A DNA stretch of 64,000 nucleotides from an uncultured Bacteroidota bacterium (lineage in GTDB: Bacteria > Bacteroidota > Bacteroidia > Flavobacteriales > Flavobacteriaceae). Where the stretch lies: assembly GCA_937136025.1 (NCBI GenBank), contig CAKZOC010000121.1, positions 45,121-109,120 of the forward strand, read 5' to 3'. Positions 21,801 through 30,359 of this stretch are shown piece by piece (the first letter of the stretch is position 1; each line of letters opens with the position of its first letter). The notes beneath the pieces are model-generated. The model made no database searches. It had not been told where the DNA came from and saw only the letters and a list, made by a program, of their open reading frames with translations. The translations under genes were made by a program, and so were the position numbers.

Positions 21801-22104
21801 TAGCATGCAGGTAGCTCCGGTGCTGACATTCCTGCCCTATGACTTTAATGGAGACGGCAAAACGGAAGTACTGGCCGCAGGAAATTACTTTGGCGTAAAA
21901 CCCTATCAGGGAAGATTGGATGCCTTTCCCGGAGCCCTCATCCTGGGGGAATCCGAGATTCTTCCGGGAAACCGGATTGGCCTGGATTTTATGAATAAGT
22001 CCATCCGGCATCTGTCGGTCATCGAGCTGAACGGTGAGCCCTTTCTGTTGGCAGTTTTTAATGCGGATACCGCACAAGTGTACCAATTAATGAAAAACAA
22101 TTGA
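18859..22104 (+). CDS. FG-GAP/VCBS-repeat ASPIC/UnbV lipoprotein 3
   Basis: Start moved to ATG 18859 (MNRAIV...LSGC lipobox); RGFQSSS...DSVRIIWPDG; 1081 aa; 8-nt overlap with the previous gene. Confidence 0.9.
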   Translation: MNRAIVIGSALVVLLSGCRQGGDMFEAPGPGQTGVHFTNALTETDALNILDYLYFYNGGGVALGDIDGDGLPDIYLSGNQVGNKLFRNLGGMKFEDITEEAGVEGKSSWNTGAVMGDVNGDGFLDIYVCAVVGINGFTGHNELFINNGDGTFSEQAGAYGLDFDTFSSNAAFLDYDLDGDLDIYLLNHAVHTQDSYGKASLRYQRDYDTGDKLLRNDGDTFKDVSAEAGIFGGINGYGLGIAVSDFNLDGYPDLYIGNDFHEDDYYYVNNADGTFTESLRSYFGHTSRFSMGSDAADINNDGRPDLISLDMLPRDEVPLKSSEGDDNIQTQRMRIGAYGYYYQFTRNMLYVNQPDNRFMETALMSGVAATDWSWSALFADFDQDGFQDLFVSNGIPKRPNDLDFVKFVSNEQISSTISNTKLVDQKALNMMPSGNTRNFVFQGSENLEFKDRSEAWIRQDTLLSGATAWGDLDRDGDLDLVINNLNQPASILVNKGKGNTSLTLKLKYTGKNPYGVGAKVFMYFEGGVQMRELFPVRGFQSSSEPLIHFGTGQAAQVDSVRIIWPDGRCQVEKDLPTGQLLEIAMKDTRAFDYASLQPEPLPLFKKLSMPLGIDFVHQEDIYTDFNREKLLPYSLADRGPAFARGDLNGDGKEDLFFGGSKRIAPAVYFAADSSFTRQPVDEIALDSLQEDVAAVIADLDADGRNDLLLGSGGGDYFGEAPPLLDRYYRNSPSGLQQVSFPGNYANTSVIRPFDYDRDGDLDLFLGTQSLTGRFGEIPTSYLLENTGGNFTEVESFKGESLGMITDAVWSDFDADGRTDLIVVGEWMSPRFFKNTTEGLQEIAFEGPSGLWQCISPHDIDGDGDMDYLLGNWGTNSKFVASPAEPLKMYFSDFDSNGSTETVLATAKKGSYYTLVGLDDLGSQMVSLRKKYPDYKSFAGKPIEDIFGAEALQTARLYEATELRSGYLKNDGGRFTFIPFPNSMQVAPVLTFLPYDFNGDGKTEVLAAGNYFGVKPYQGRLDAFPGALILGESEILPGNRIGLDFMNKSIRHLSVIELNGEPFLLAVFNADTAQVYQLMKNN

Positions 22105-22106
22105 AA

Positions 22107-23480
22107 ATGCAGAATCTACGTTTCGTTTCACTCCTCGCGCTGATAGTCCTCTCGGCCGCCTGTAGTTCCCCTTCAGAACCTATCGAAATAACCGCGGAAG
22201 AACTCCACGCTTCGACAGATAAACTGACCGATGTGATGGTGCACGACATTTTCAGCCCTCCTGTGGCGAGTCGTGTCTATGCCTATCCGAGTATTGCGGC
22301 CTATGAAATTATGGCCCTTCACTCAGATTCGTATCGCTCCCTTCAGGGACAGGTATCGGGTTTAACCGCTATTCCCAAACCGAAAACGGACTCCCCTATG
22401 AACTATCGGCTTGCAGCCCTTATCGCTCATATGGATATGGGAAGGAGGTTGATTTTCTCAGAAGATAAGGTTACGGCATTCAGAGACAGTCTTTACAGTG
22501 TTTGGGAAAAACGAAATCCCAGGGAATTTGAAACCGCACGAACCTATGGGCTGGAGGTCGCCGAATTTATGGCGGCCTGGATGAAGGAAGACAATTACAA
22601 CCAGACGCGCACCATGTCTAAATTCACGGTCGACACAGATGATCCGTCGCGCTGGCAACCTACCCCACCCTCGTACATGGAGGGTATTGAGCCACACTGG
22701 AACAAAATCAGGCCATTTGTCATTGATTCCGCCGCTCAATTCAAACCCACACCCCCTCCGCCTTTCGATATGGAAGAAGGGTCCGCCTTTTACGAGGAGG
22801 TCAAAGAGGTTTACGAGATCAGTAATGAAATCACCGAGAAAGGTGATGCATCGGAAGAAGTGGCTATTGCCCAGTTCTGGGATTGCAATCCCTATGTCTC
22901 TGTAACACGGGGTCACCTGATGTTCGCCACCAAAAAAATCAGCCCCGGAGCGCACTGGATGGGGATTACCAAGATAGCCTGCCGGGATACAAAGAGTGAT
23001 TTCGACAAAACCACATATGCCTATGCGAAAACGGCTATCGCCATGGCGGATGCTTTTATCAGCTGTTGGGATGAAAAATACCGCAGTAACTTAATCCGGC
23101 CTGAAACCCTGATCAACGAATACATAGACGACAGCTGGAAGCCTGTATTGCAGACCCCGCCTTTTCCGGAATATACCAGCGGTCATAGTGTGGTGTCCGG
23201 GGCAGCATCGGTAGCCCTAACAGATATCTTCGGTCCCGCCTTTGCATTTGACGATGACACGGAGCTGAAGTACGGTCTGCCGATTCGCAGTTTTGCATCC
23301 TTCCAGGCTGCCGCAGACGAAGCGGCCATCAGCCGGATGTACGGAGGAATACACTATCGCAAAGCCGTGGAAGTCGGCGTTAAACAAGGGCGCGATCTGG
23401 GAAAATTCGTCATAGACCACCTGGAGATGCTGGAAGGCAGTAAAGAGGTCGCCACCCTTTCGGGGACCGATAATAATTAA
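22107..23480 (+). CDS. Vanadium-dependent haloperoxidase (PAP2 superfamily), lipoprotein, probable iodoperoxidase
   Basis: Lipobox SAAC; vanadate-binding motifs CWDEKYRSNLIRP, PPFPEYTSGH and SRMYGGIH; ATG is 2 nt after the upstream stop. Confidence 0.9.
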   Translation: MQNLRFVSLLALIVLSAACSSPSEPIEITAEELHASTDKLTDVMVHDIFSPPVASRVYAYPSIAAYEIMALHSDSYRSLQGQVSGLTAIPKPKTDSPMNYRLAALIAHMDMGRRLIFSEDKVTAFRDSLYSVWEKRNPREFETARTYGLEVAEFMAAWMKEDNYNQTRTMSKFTVDTDDPSRWQPTPPSYMEGIEPHWNKIRPFVIDSAAQFKPTPPPPFDMEEGSAFYEEVKEVYEISNEITEKGDASEEVAIAQFWDCNPYVSVTRGHLMFATKKISPGAHWMGITKIACRDTKSDFDKTTYAYAKTAIAMADAFISCWDEKYRSNLIRPETLINEYIDDSWKPVLQTPPFPEYTSGHSVVSGAASVALTDIFGPAFAFDDDTELKYGLPIRSFASFQAAADEAAISRMYGGIHYRKAVEVGVKQGRDLGKFVIDHLEMLEGSKEVATLSGTDNN

Positions 23481-23516
23481 TTGATTTCAGTACGATCCTG
23501 TTATTAAATACAATAC

Positions 23517-24419
23517 ATGAAAAAAACTGTTTTTGGCATTCTGATTGTTCTGCTTGTGGCGTTTATAGGCTATTTTATCATTTATCCCTATGACTACATC
23601 ATCCGCTTTGAGGCCAACACTTTTCCCGGAACAATCAACCAGTCTGTAAAGCTTTGGGACAAAACTGTGGGAGTCCCCGGGAACCCTTTGGTGCAGGAAG
23701 ATCTCTATCATTTGGAACAGCACGTTCAGGCCGGAGATTCCGTCCATATTTACAATTGGGAAATAACCCCTCTGACCGAGAATACTTCCAGGGTAACCGT
23801 ACGGATCAAAGACCGGGATCACAGTTGGAAAAATAAACTCCTGGTTCCCTTTACGGAGGCCGAAGTTGAGCGCTCGGGGGTAAAACACGTCAAAGATTTT
23901 GTCAATGACCTCAACGATCATATCGACCTCTTTAAAGTACAAATCGACGGAGAGGCTGAACTCCCGAGCACTTTTTACGCCTACGTGGATCTCAAGACCA
24001 ACCAGCACGGAAAGGCAGGGGGCATGATGGATACGTACAATATGCTCAGCGATGTGCTGATCCGAAGTAACGTCACGATGAACGGCCCGCCCATGATCCT
24101 TGTGGATCAGTGGGACCGGGAAACCGATAGCCTGGAATATCGGTTTTGTTTCCCCATCATCCGTTCCGATAAATTGCCTCAACATCCGGACATCAAATAC
24201 AATCGGATTTTTCCAAAACCTGCACTTAAAGCCACCTATAACGGGAATTACATCACTTCGGACCGGGCGTGGTATGCCCTTTTGAACTACGCCGAAAAGA
24301 ATGGGCTGGAGGTGGAAGAAACCCCGGTAGAGGTCTTCTTTAACAATCCCAATATGGGGGGTGATGCATTGCAGTGGAAAGCTGATGTGTATTTACCGCT
24401 TAAGGAAGAAGCCGAATAA
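23517..24419 (+). CDS. GyrI-like small-molecule-binding domain protein with N-terminal membrane anchor
   Basis: Hydrophobic N-terminus, then a C-terminal effector-binding-like domain (GPPM, YNGNYITSDRAWYAL, PVEVFFNNP). Confidence 0.7.
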   Translation: MKKTVFGILIVLLVAFIGYFIIYPYDYIIRFEANTFPGTINQSVKLWDKTVGVPGNPLVQEDLYHLEQHVQAGDSVHIYNWEITPLTENTSRVTVRIKDRDHSWKNKLLVPFTEAEVERSGVKHVKDFVNDLNDHIDLFKVQIDGEAELPSTFYAYVDLKTNQHGKAGGMMDTYNMLSDVLIRSNVTMNGPPMILVDQWDRETDSLEYRFCFPIIRSDKLPQHPDIKYNRIFPKPALKATYNGNYITSDRAWYALLNYAEKNGLEVEETPVEVFFNNPNMGGDALQWKADVYLPLKEEAE

Positions 24420-24439
24420 TTAGGGAGCCTTTTAGCATC

Positions 24440-24460
24440 CCCTTTTTCAAGGGTTTTTTT
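24440..24460 (+). terminator. Probable terminator at the end of the cassette
   Basis: CCCTT-TTTC-AAGGG followed by T7; the stem is short. Confidence 0.5.
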
Positions 24461-24503
24461 ATCTTCGGGGAAAAGGCGCCGCCCTTCTAACCTTACCATC
24501 GCT

Positions 24504-25982
24504 ATGTATTTTATCGGCTACGACCTGGGGAGTTCATCTTTAAAAACAGCCCTGGTGGATGCTGAGACAGGGGAAACCCTCACCGTGATCAAAACCCCGG
24601 CAGAAGAACTTGGAATTGATGCCCCCCGGGCAGGCTGGGCAGAACAGGACCCGGAACTCTGGTGGCGGTGTATTTGCGAGGGTACCCGTGAACTCCTTTC
24701 CGCCACGAAGGTAGCCCCTGAGGCTATTTCCGGAATCGGTATCGCGTATCAAATGCACGGGCTGGTCACTTTAGATGCTGCCGGCCGTTCTGTTCGTCCG
24801 GCGATCATCTGGTGCGACAGCCGGGCCATTTCCATTGGGGATCAGACCCTGGAGGAATTGGGAGAAACCCGTTGCCAGGCTCAATTATTGAATGTACCCG
24901 GAAATTTTACAGCCTCTAAACTGCGTTGGATGCAACAGGAGGAGCCTGAGGCTTTTCAAAAGACCAGGACTTTCCTGTTACCCGGGGATTATATTGCCTA
25001 CCGATTTACAGGAAAACCCCAAACCACGGCAAGCGGGCTTTCAGAAGGCATCCTATGGGACTTTCAAAAAGGACAACCGGCCTACTGGCTGCTCGAGCAT
25101 TGGGGCATACCGGACGCGCTGGTACCGGAAATCGTTCCCACCTTTGGCCATCAGGCAGAAGTAAGTCAGGCCGGTGCCCGGGCTACCGGTTTAAAAGAGG
25201 GGACTCCCATACTGTACCGGGCTGGAGACCAGCCCAACAATGCTTTTACACTGAATGTTCTGGAGCCCGGAATAGTTGCGGCTACAGGAGGCACCTCAGG
25301 AGTGCTTTACGGAATCACGGATTCTCCTGAGGTTAAAGAGCTGCAGCGCTTTAACCATTTCCTGCACGTCAACCACGCCCCGGGGCGCCTTCGTATCGGA
25401 CAACTGTTATGCATCAATGGAGCGGGAAGCTTATACCGCTGGTTGAAAGATCAATTAAACGTCTCGGGCTACAAGCAGATGAATGCTCTTGCCGCAGAGA
25501 TCCCCGTGGGTTCAGACGGGCTTATCTGTTTTCCGTTTGGAAACGGAGCCGAACGAATGCTCGAAAACAGATCCATAGGAGCCTGTTTCTCAGGTCTTGA
25601 GTTTAACCGCCACCACAAAGGACACTTATGCCGGGCCGCTTTAGAAGGTATAGCCTTTGCATTCCGGTACGGAATGGAGCTCATGGAAGAGAGCGGGGTA
25701 CCCTTTAAAACGATCCGTGCCGGCAATGACAACCTCTTTCAATCCAATATCTTTACCACTACCCTGGCGGCCTTAGGCCAGACGCCTATCGAGCTTTTTG
25801 AGGTCACAGGAGCAGTCGGGGCTGCGAGGGCATGTATGGTGGAGCAACTCGGGCTTGAGGAGACGATAAAACGCGCTACCGGAAAGGATTATCTGGGCAC
25901 AGTGCTTCCTGACAGGGAGGATGAGGACTACCAAAAAGCCTATTTAAAATGGAAGACAGAACTTCAGAATAATTTAAACTAA
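24504..25982 (+). CDS. xylB: Xylulokinase (FGGY family)
   Basis: [36 protein letters not shown] and TGGTSGV motifs; directly upstream of xylA. Confidence 0.92.
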   Translation: MYFIGYDLGSSSLKTALVDAETGETLTVIKTPAEELGIDAPRAGWAEQDPELWWRCICEGTRELLSATKVAPEAISGIGIAYQMHGLVTLDAAGRSVRPAIIWCDSRAISIGDQTLEELGETRCQAQLLNVPGNFTASKLRWMQQEEPEAFQKTRTFLLPGDYIAYRFTGKPQTTASGLSEGILWDFQKGQPAYWLLEHWGIPDALVPEIVPTFGHQAEVSQAGARATGLKEGTPILYRAGDQPNNAFTLNVLEPGIVAATGGTSGVLYGITDSPEVKELQRFNHFLHVNHAPGRLRIGQLLCINGAGSLYRWLKDQLNVSGYKQMNALAAEIPVGSDGLICFPFGNGAERMLENRSIGACFSGLEFNRHHKGHLCRAALEGIAFAFRYGMELMEESGVPFKTIRAGNDNLFQSNIFTTTLAALGQTPIELFEVTGAVGAARACMVEQLGLEETIKRATGKDYLGTVLPDREDEDYQKAYLKWKTELQNNLN

Positions 25983-25987
25983 GAATC

Positions 25988-27313
25988 ATGCCACTACTTG
26001 GAGACACAGAGTATTTTAAGGGAATCGGACAAATTCCTTATGAGGGGAAAGACTCGGATAATCCCCTTGCTTATAAATATTACGACCCGGAGCGTTTGGT
26101 GGGCGGCACACCCATGAAGGCGCATTTTAAATTCGCGGTGGCCTACTGGCATAGCTTCTGCGGTACAGGAGCAGATCCATTCGGGCCCGGCACGCTCAGA
26201 CATCCCTGGGATCTTGCGGATGACCCTGTAGCAGCTGCCCGGCAAAAAGCCGACGCCGCCTTTGAGTTTATCACCAAGCTGGGATTCGAATACTTCTGTT
26301 TTCACGATTTTGACCTGATCGCTGAAGCCCCTACGCTCATGGAATCGGAAAAAAGGCTCGAAACGATGGTTCCATATCTCAAAGAAAAAATGCAGGCCTC
26401 CGGAGTTAAGCTCCTCTGGGGTACCGCGAATTGCTTTAGCCATCCCCGGTATATGAACGGAGCATCCACAAATCCTGACTTCAGGGTGGTGGCCCGGGCC
26501 GGAGCCCAGATCAAAGGGGCCATGGACGCCACCATCGCCCTGGGGGGGGAAAACTATGTGTTCTGGGGAGGGCGGGAAGGCTATATGTCCCTGCTCAACA
26601 CCCAGGTGGGGAAAGAACTGGATCATATGGGTCGTTTCCTGGGTATGGCCCGGGATTACGCGCGGAGCCAGGGTTTTAAGGGCACCTTTTTCATTGAACC
26701 CAAGCCCATGGAACCCATGAAACACCAGTACGACTACGATGCGGCCACCGTTATCGGCTTCCTGCACCAATACGGCCTGCAGGACGATTTTAAACTCAAT
26801 CTGGAAGTGAATCACGCTACCCTTGCCGGCCATAGCATGCAACATGAAATGGAGATCGCCGCATCACGCGGGATGCTCGGGAGTATTGATGCGAATCGGG
26901 GCGATTACCAGAACGGATGGGATACCGACCAGTTTCCCAACAACCTCAATGAGGTGACCCTGATGATGCTGACTCTTTTGGAAGCCGGCGGCTTGCAGGG
27001 GGGCGGTATTAATTTCGATGCGAAACTCCGCCGAAATTCCACGGATCCGGAAGATCTCTTTCTCGCGCATATCGGGGGGGCAGATACCTTTGCCAGGGCA
27101 CTTCTGATCGCCGATCGCATCCTCCGCGAATCCCCATATCGGGAAGTGCGCCGGCAGCGATATGAATCCTTCGAATCGGGAAAAGGAGCCGCCTTTGAGC
27201 TGGGAAAACTAAACCTTCAGGACTTGTATGCCATTGCCCTGGAACAGGGGGAGCTCCCCTTACAAAGCGGCAAACAGGAAATGTTGGAAAACCTCGTCAA
27301 TCGCTATATTTAA
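25988..27313 (+). CDS. xylA: Xylose isomerase (class II)
   Basis: [44 protein letters not shown] and NFDAK motifs. Confidence 0.97.
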   Translation: MPLLGDTEYFKGIGQIPYEGKDSDNPLAYKYYDPERLVGGTPMKAHFKFAVAYWHSFCGTGADPFGPGTLRHPWDLADDPVAAARQKADAAFEFITKLGFEYFCFHDFDLIAEAPTLMESEKRLETMVPYLKEKMQASGVKLLWGTANCFSHPRYMNGASTNPDFRVVARAGAQIKGAMDATIALGGENYVFWGGREGYMSLLNTQVGKELDHMGRFLGMARDYARSQGFKGTFFIEPKPMEPMKHQYDYDAATVIGFLHQYGLQDDFKLNLEVNHATLAGHSMQHEMEIAASRGMLGSIDANRGDYQNGWDTDQFPNNLNEVTLMMLTLLEAGGLQGGGINFDAKLRRNSTDPEDLFLAHIGGADTFARALLIADRILRESPYREVRRQRYESFESGKGAAFELGKLNLQDLYAIALEQGELPLQSGKQEMLENLVNRYI

Positions 27314-27393
27314 TAGGTTATAACCCAATATATCGGACACCAGAATTCCGCCATACAGGAAGTGGCATCGCCCCCATTGCCAATGGACTACTA

Positions 27394-27434
27394 CCTACTG
27401 CTACTGCCTACTGGCCACTGGCCACCGGCTACTG
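27394..27434. repeat. Degenerate heptamer tandem array ([G/C]C[C/T]ACTG x6)
   Basis: cctactg-ctactg-cctactg-gccactg-gccaccg-gctactg; the last unit contains the SSS gene stop codon. Confidence 0.7.
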
Positions 27435-29081
27435 GGCAAAATAGATATAAATCAGCACGACAATAGCCACAATTCCAATACCCACCTGTTTCACATACTT
27501 GTAGGGCGTGATCTCAACCTGGTTCGTATACTCGAGTGTATACGGATCTGCTTTAGGCCAAATTTTGCCGATCACAAGCATCAGGATGATATTCAGAATA
27601 AACAGTATAGCCATAATGTGGAGGTAGTGCGGATAGGCATCTGCCTGAATCTGCCTTAAAGCAATCTCATCGGTAATCCCACTTTCCCCGGCGGCCGCTA
27701 ATGCCGCTTCCACCCGGCCTGGGCCAATAAAAAATTGACTCAGGATATAGAGCCCTGAACCCAGGAAAATAGCGATTTTGGCGGCGATAGCCGGAACCCG
27801 CCTGGTGAGGTACCCTACGACGATAATCGTCAGTATAGGAATGCTGTAAATACCATTTACTTCCTGAAGATATTGAAAAATACTTCCCGCGTTTTCTATG
27901 ACAGGGGCCACAAACATAGCCGCGAGCGCCAGAAAAACACCAAATATTTTACCGTATTTCACCACGGTGCGTTCGGAGGCCTCAGGGTTGATATGCTGCT
28001 TGTAGATGTCAATACCGAAAAGGGTGACCGAACTGTTCAGCACGCTGTTAAAGGAACTCAGTATAGCCCCGAAAAGCACGGCTGCAAAGAAGCCCACCAG
28101 GTATTTGGGTAATACGGCCCGCACCAGTTCGGGATAGGCGAGGTTACTGGAAGACAGCCCGCCATCGAAATAGTGATAGGCGATCATCCCGGGGAGTACC
28201 AGGATGATGGGGCCGAGAATTTTTACAAAGGCCGCCAGAAGGAGCCCCTTCTGACCCTCCTGCAGGTTTTTGGCACCCAGGGCCCGCTGGATTATCTGCT
28301 GGTTGGTTCCCCAATAAAAAAGTTGCACGAGCATCATCCCGGTGAAGATGGTGATAAATGGCACTTCCTGCCAGGACTCTCCTGTGGAATCAAAACGTTC
28401 TGGCTGGGCCGCCATCAGGGTTTCAAGACCGTTCATCGCACTCCCGTCCCCGATGGCCATGAGGCCGAATAAAGGAATCAGAAATCCACCAATCAAAAGG
28501 CCAACTGCATTGATGCTGTCTGAAACAGCTACAGCTTTTAACCCCCCGAAAACGGCGTAGATAGATCCGATAATTCCAATCCCCCAGATGCACAGTGTAA
28601 TGGCGGCAGATTCCGAAACTCCCAGCAAGGTGGGAAAATCAAACATCCCGCTTATGGCCACGGATCCCGAATAGAGAATAACCGGCAGCAGTACTACCAC
28701 ATAGCCCGTTAAAAACAGGGCTGAGGTAATCGTTTTTGTAGTAATATCAAAGCGCTTGGCCAGGAATTGGGGTACCGTGGTAAGTCCGCCTTTGAGATAA
28801 CGGGGCAACAAAAAGAGGGCTGTAATGACCATGGTAATCGCTGCCAAAGTCTCCCATGCCATTACCGATAACCCATCCCGGTAGGCGCTGCCATTGAGCC
28901 CTACGATCTGTTCCGTGGAGAGGTTGGTGAGCAATAAAGACCCTGCAATAACGCCCGCGGTCAGGCTACGCCCACCCAGGAAATATCCGTCTGATGTTTT
29001 TTCGTTCGTTGACCTGGTGGCGAAGTAGGAGATGATTCCTACCATGGCTGTAAATCCGACAAAAGACAGAATACCGATCAT
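27429..29081 (-). CDS. Sodium:solute symporter (SSS family, YidK-like sugar symporter)
   Basis: GYFLGGRSL, TNLSTEQIVG, YWGTNQQIIQRALGA and SSFNSVLNS motifs; many TM segments. Confidence 0.92.
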   Translation of the reverse strand: MIGILSFVGFTAMVGIISYFATRSTNEKTSDGYFLGGRSLTAGVIAGSLLLTNLSTEQIVGLNGSAYRDGLSVMAWETLAAITMVITALFLLPRYLKGGLTTVPQFLAKRFDITTKTITSALFLTGYVVVLLPVILYSGSVAISGMFDFPTLLGVSESAAITLCIWGIGIIGSIYAVFGGLKAVAVSDSINAVGLLIGGFLIPLFGLMAIGDGSAMNGLETLMAAQPERFDSTGESWQEVPFITIFTGMMLVQLFYWGTNQQIIQRALGAKNLQEGQKGLLLAAFVKILGPIILVLPGMIAYHYFDGGLSSSNLAYPELVRAVLPKYLVGFFAAVLFGAILSSFNSVLNSSVTLFGIDIYKQHINPEASERTVVKYGKIFGVFLALAAMFVAPVIENAGSIFQYLQEVNGIYSIPILTIIVVGYLTRRVPAIAAKIAIFLGSGLYILSQFFIGPGRVEAALAAAGESGITDEIALRQIQADAYPHYLHIMAILFILNIILMLVIGKIWPKADPYTLEYTNQVEITPYKYVKQVGIGIVAIVVLIYIYFAQ

Positions 29082-29270
29082 AAAAGTTTGGTTTGGCTGG
29101 TTAGACGGTTAAATATATCGGATTATTCCCAAAGTAACGAGTCCTTGTGTTGATTCAGACCTGATTCTGCAATCCTGGAATGGATTTGAGCGATCCGGAA
29201 AGTGATTTTCACTCCCGATTTCATTTTGACAGGCGATAACCGTAATTTCGAACCCTCATAGTTTAGCGCG

Positions 29271-30167
29271 ATGCATTTACTTTACGGACTACTCAGTGTA
29301 TTGCTTTTAGTCGGATGCCGGTCCCCGGACGCCTTGAAGGCCGAAGCTAAATTACCCAAACGCCTTAATGAATGCTCGGGAATGACCACTCTGGAGGGTA
29401 AAACCCTCTGGGTCATTGAAGACGGGGGAAACAAAGATATCCTGTACGGGCTGGATCTAAAGGGGAGGGTTCAAAGGGAATTTGAGGTTTCAAATGCCCG
29501 GAATAAAGACTGGGAAGCCCTCACAAGTGACAGTTTGGGCAATCTCTATATCGGGGATTTCGGAAACAACGGAAATAAGCGCAAAGATCTGGTCATCCAT
29601 AAACTTCCTAACCCATTCCTGGAAAAAGGCGGCAAAATTCCGGCCATGCCTATAGCTTTTCGTTATCCGGATCAGGAGGCCTTTCCCCCTCCCTTTGACG
29701 ACAGAAGATTCGATGCAGAGTCGTTTTTTCACTTCGGGTCCCGGCTCTATATCATAACCAAAAACCGGTCGGACCCCTTTGACGGAATGGCCAGTGTGTA
29801 CAGCATCCCCGATTCAACAGGAACCTATATCGCCCGGAAGGAATTGCAGTTTCAAACCTGTGAGGACCGCAGCAGATGCAGCGTCACAGATGCCGCCCTT
29901 TCCCCGGACGGCAACCGCCTGGTGCTGCTCGGTTATGGAACCCTATGGGTCTTCGAGGATTTCAGGAAAAAAGGATTTGGAAAAGGTCCGACCCGCACGA
30001 TAGACCTGGGGGGCCGGACTCAATTGGAAGCGATCTGTTTTGTCGATAACGGACTCCTCTATTTGGCTGATGAACGCGTTTTTCTATCCGGTGGTAACTT
30101 GTACGCGTTTCCCCTGCCTTACCCGTCACGGGCTTCCCGTGGAGGTCAGCCTTCCTCAATTCCTTAA
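29271..30167 (+). CDS. Hypothetical lipoprotein, probable beta-propeller (SdiA-regulated-like)
   Basis: Lipobox LVGC; repeated ECSG / DWEALT..D..GNLYIGDFGNN / DAES / QLEAI blade-like motifs. Confidence 0.6.
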   Translation: MHLLYGLLSVLLLVGCRSPDALKAEAKLPKRLNECSGMTTLEGKTLWVIEDGGNKDILYGLDLKGRVQREFEVSNARNKDWEALTSDSLGNLYIGDFGNNGNKRKDLVIHKLPNPFLEKGGKIPAMPIAFRYPDQEAFPPPFDDRRFDAESFFHFGSRLYIITKNRSDPFDGMASVYSIPDSTGTYIARKELQFQTCEDRSRCSVTDAALSPDGNRLVLLGYGTLWVFEDFRKKGFGKGPTRTIDLGGRTQLEAICFVDNGLLYLADERVFLSGGNLYAFPLPYPSRASRGGQPSSIP

Positions 30168-30359
30168 AGCCCGGACCCCATTCCCTGCGTTGGAGCCACT
30201 TCAATCGGAAGCAAGTGGCAAATTAAAGGATCATGGCTTTTCGCTATATTTACCGGAGGGACCTGACCCCGCTCCATATGGTGGTAAGAAAGCGTACTTC
30301 TACCCTGCAGCAGGATTCACTACCCCTGATAAAGAATTCTAATTCCCTTCCGATCGCTT

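Noticed and set aside
27394-27434. CRISPR array
   Set aside because: Units are 7 bp with no spacers and there are no cas genes.
30168-30359. Riboswitch (cobalamin/TPP-like words GCCACT, GGAAG, ACCTGA)
   Set aside because: The conserved cores (B12 box, CTGAGA) and their order are missing, and the downstream gene is unrelated; an Rfam scan would settle it.
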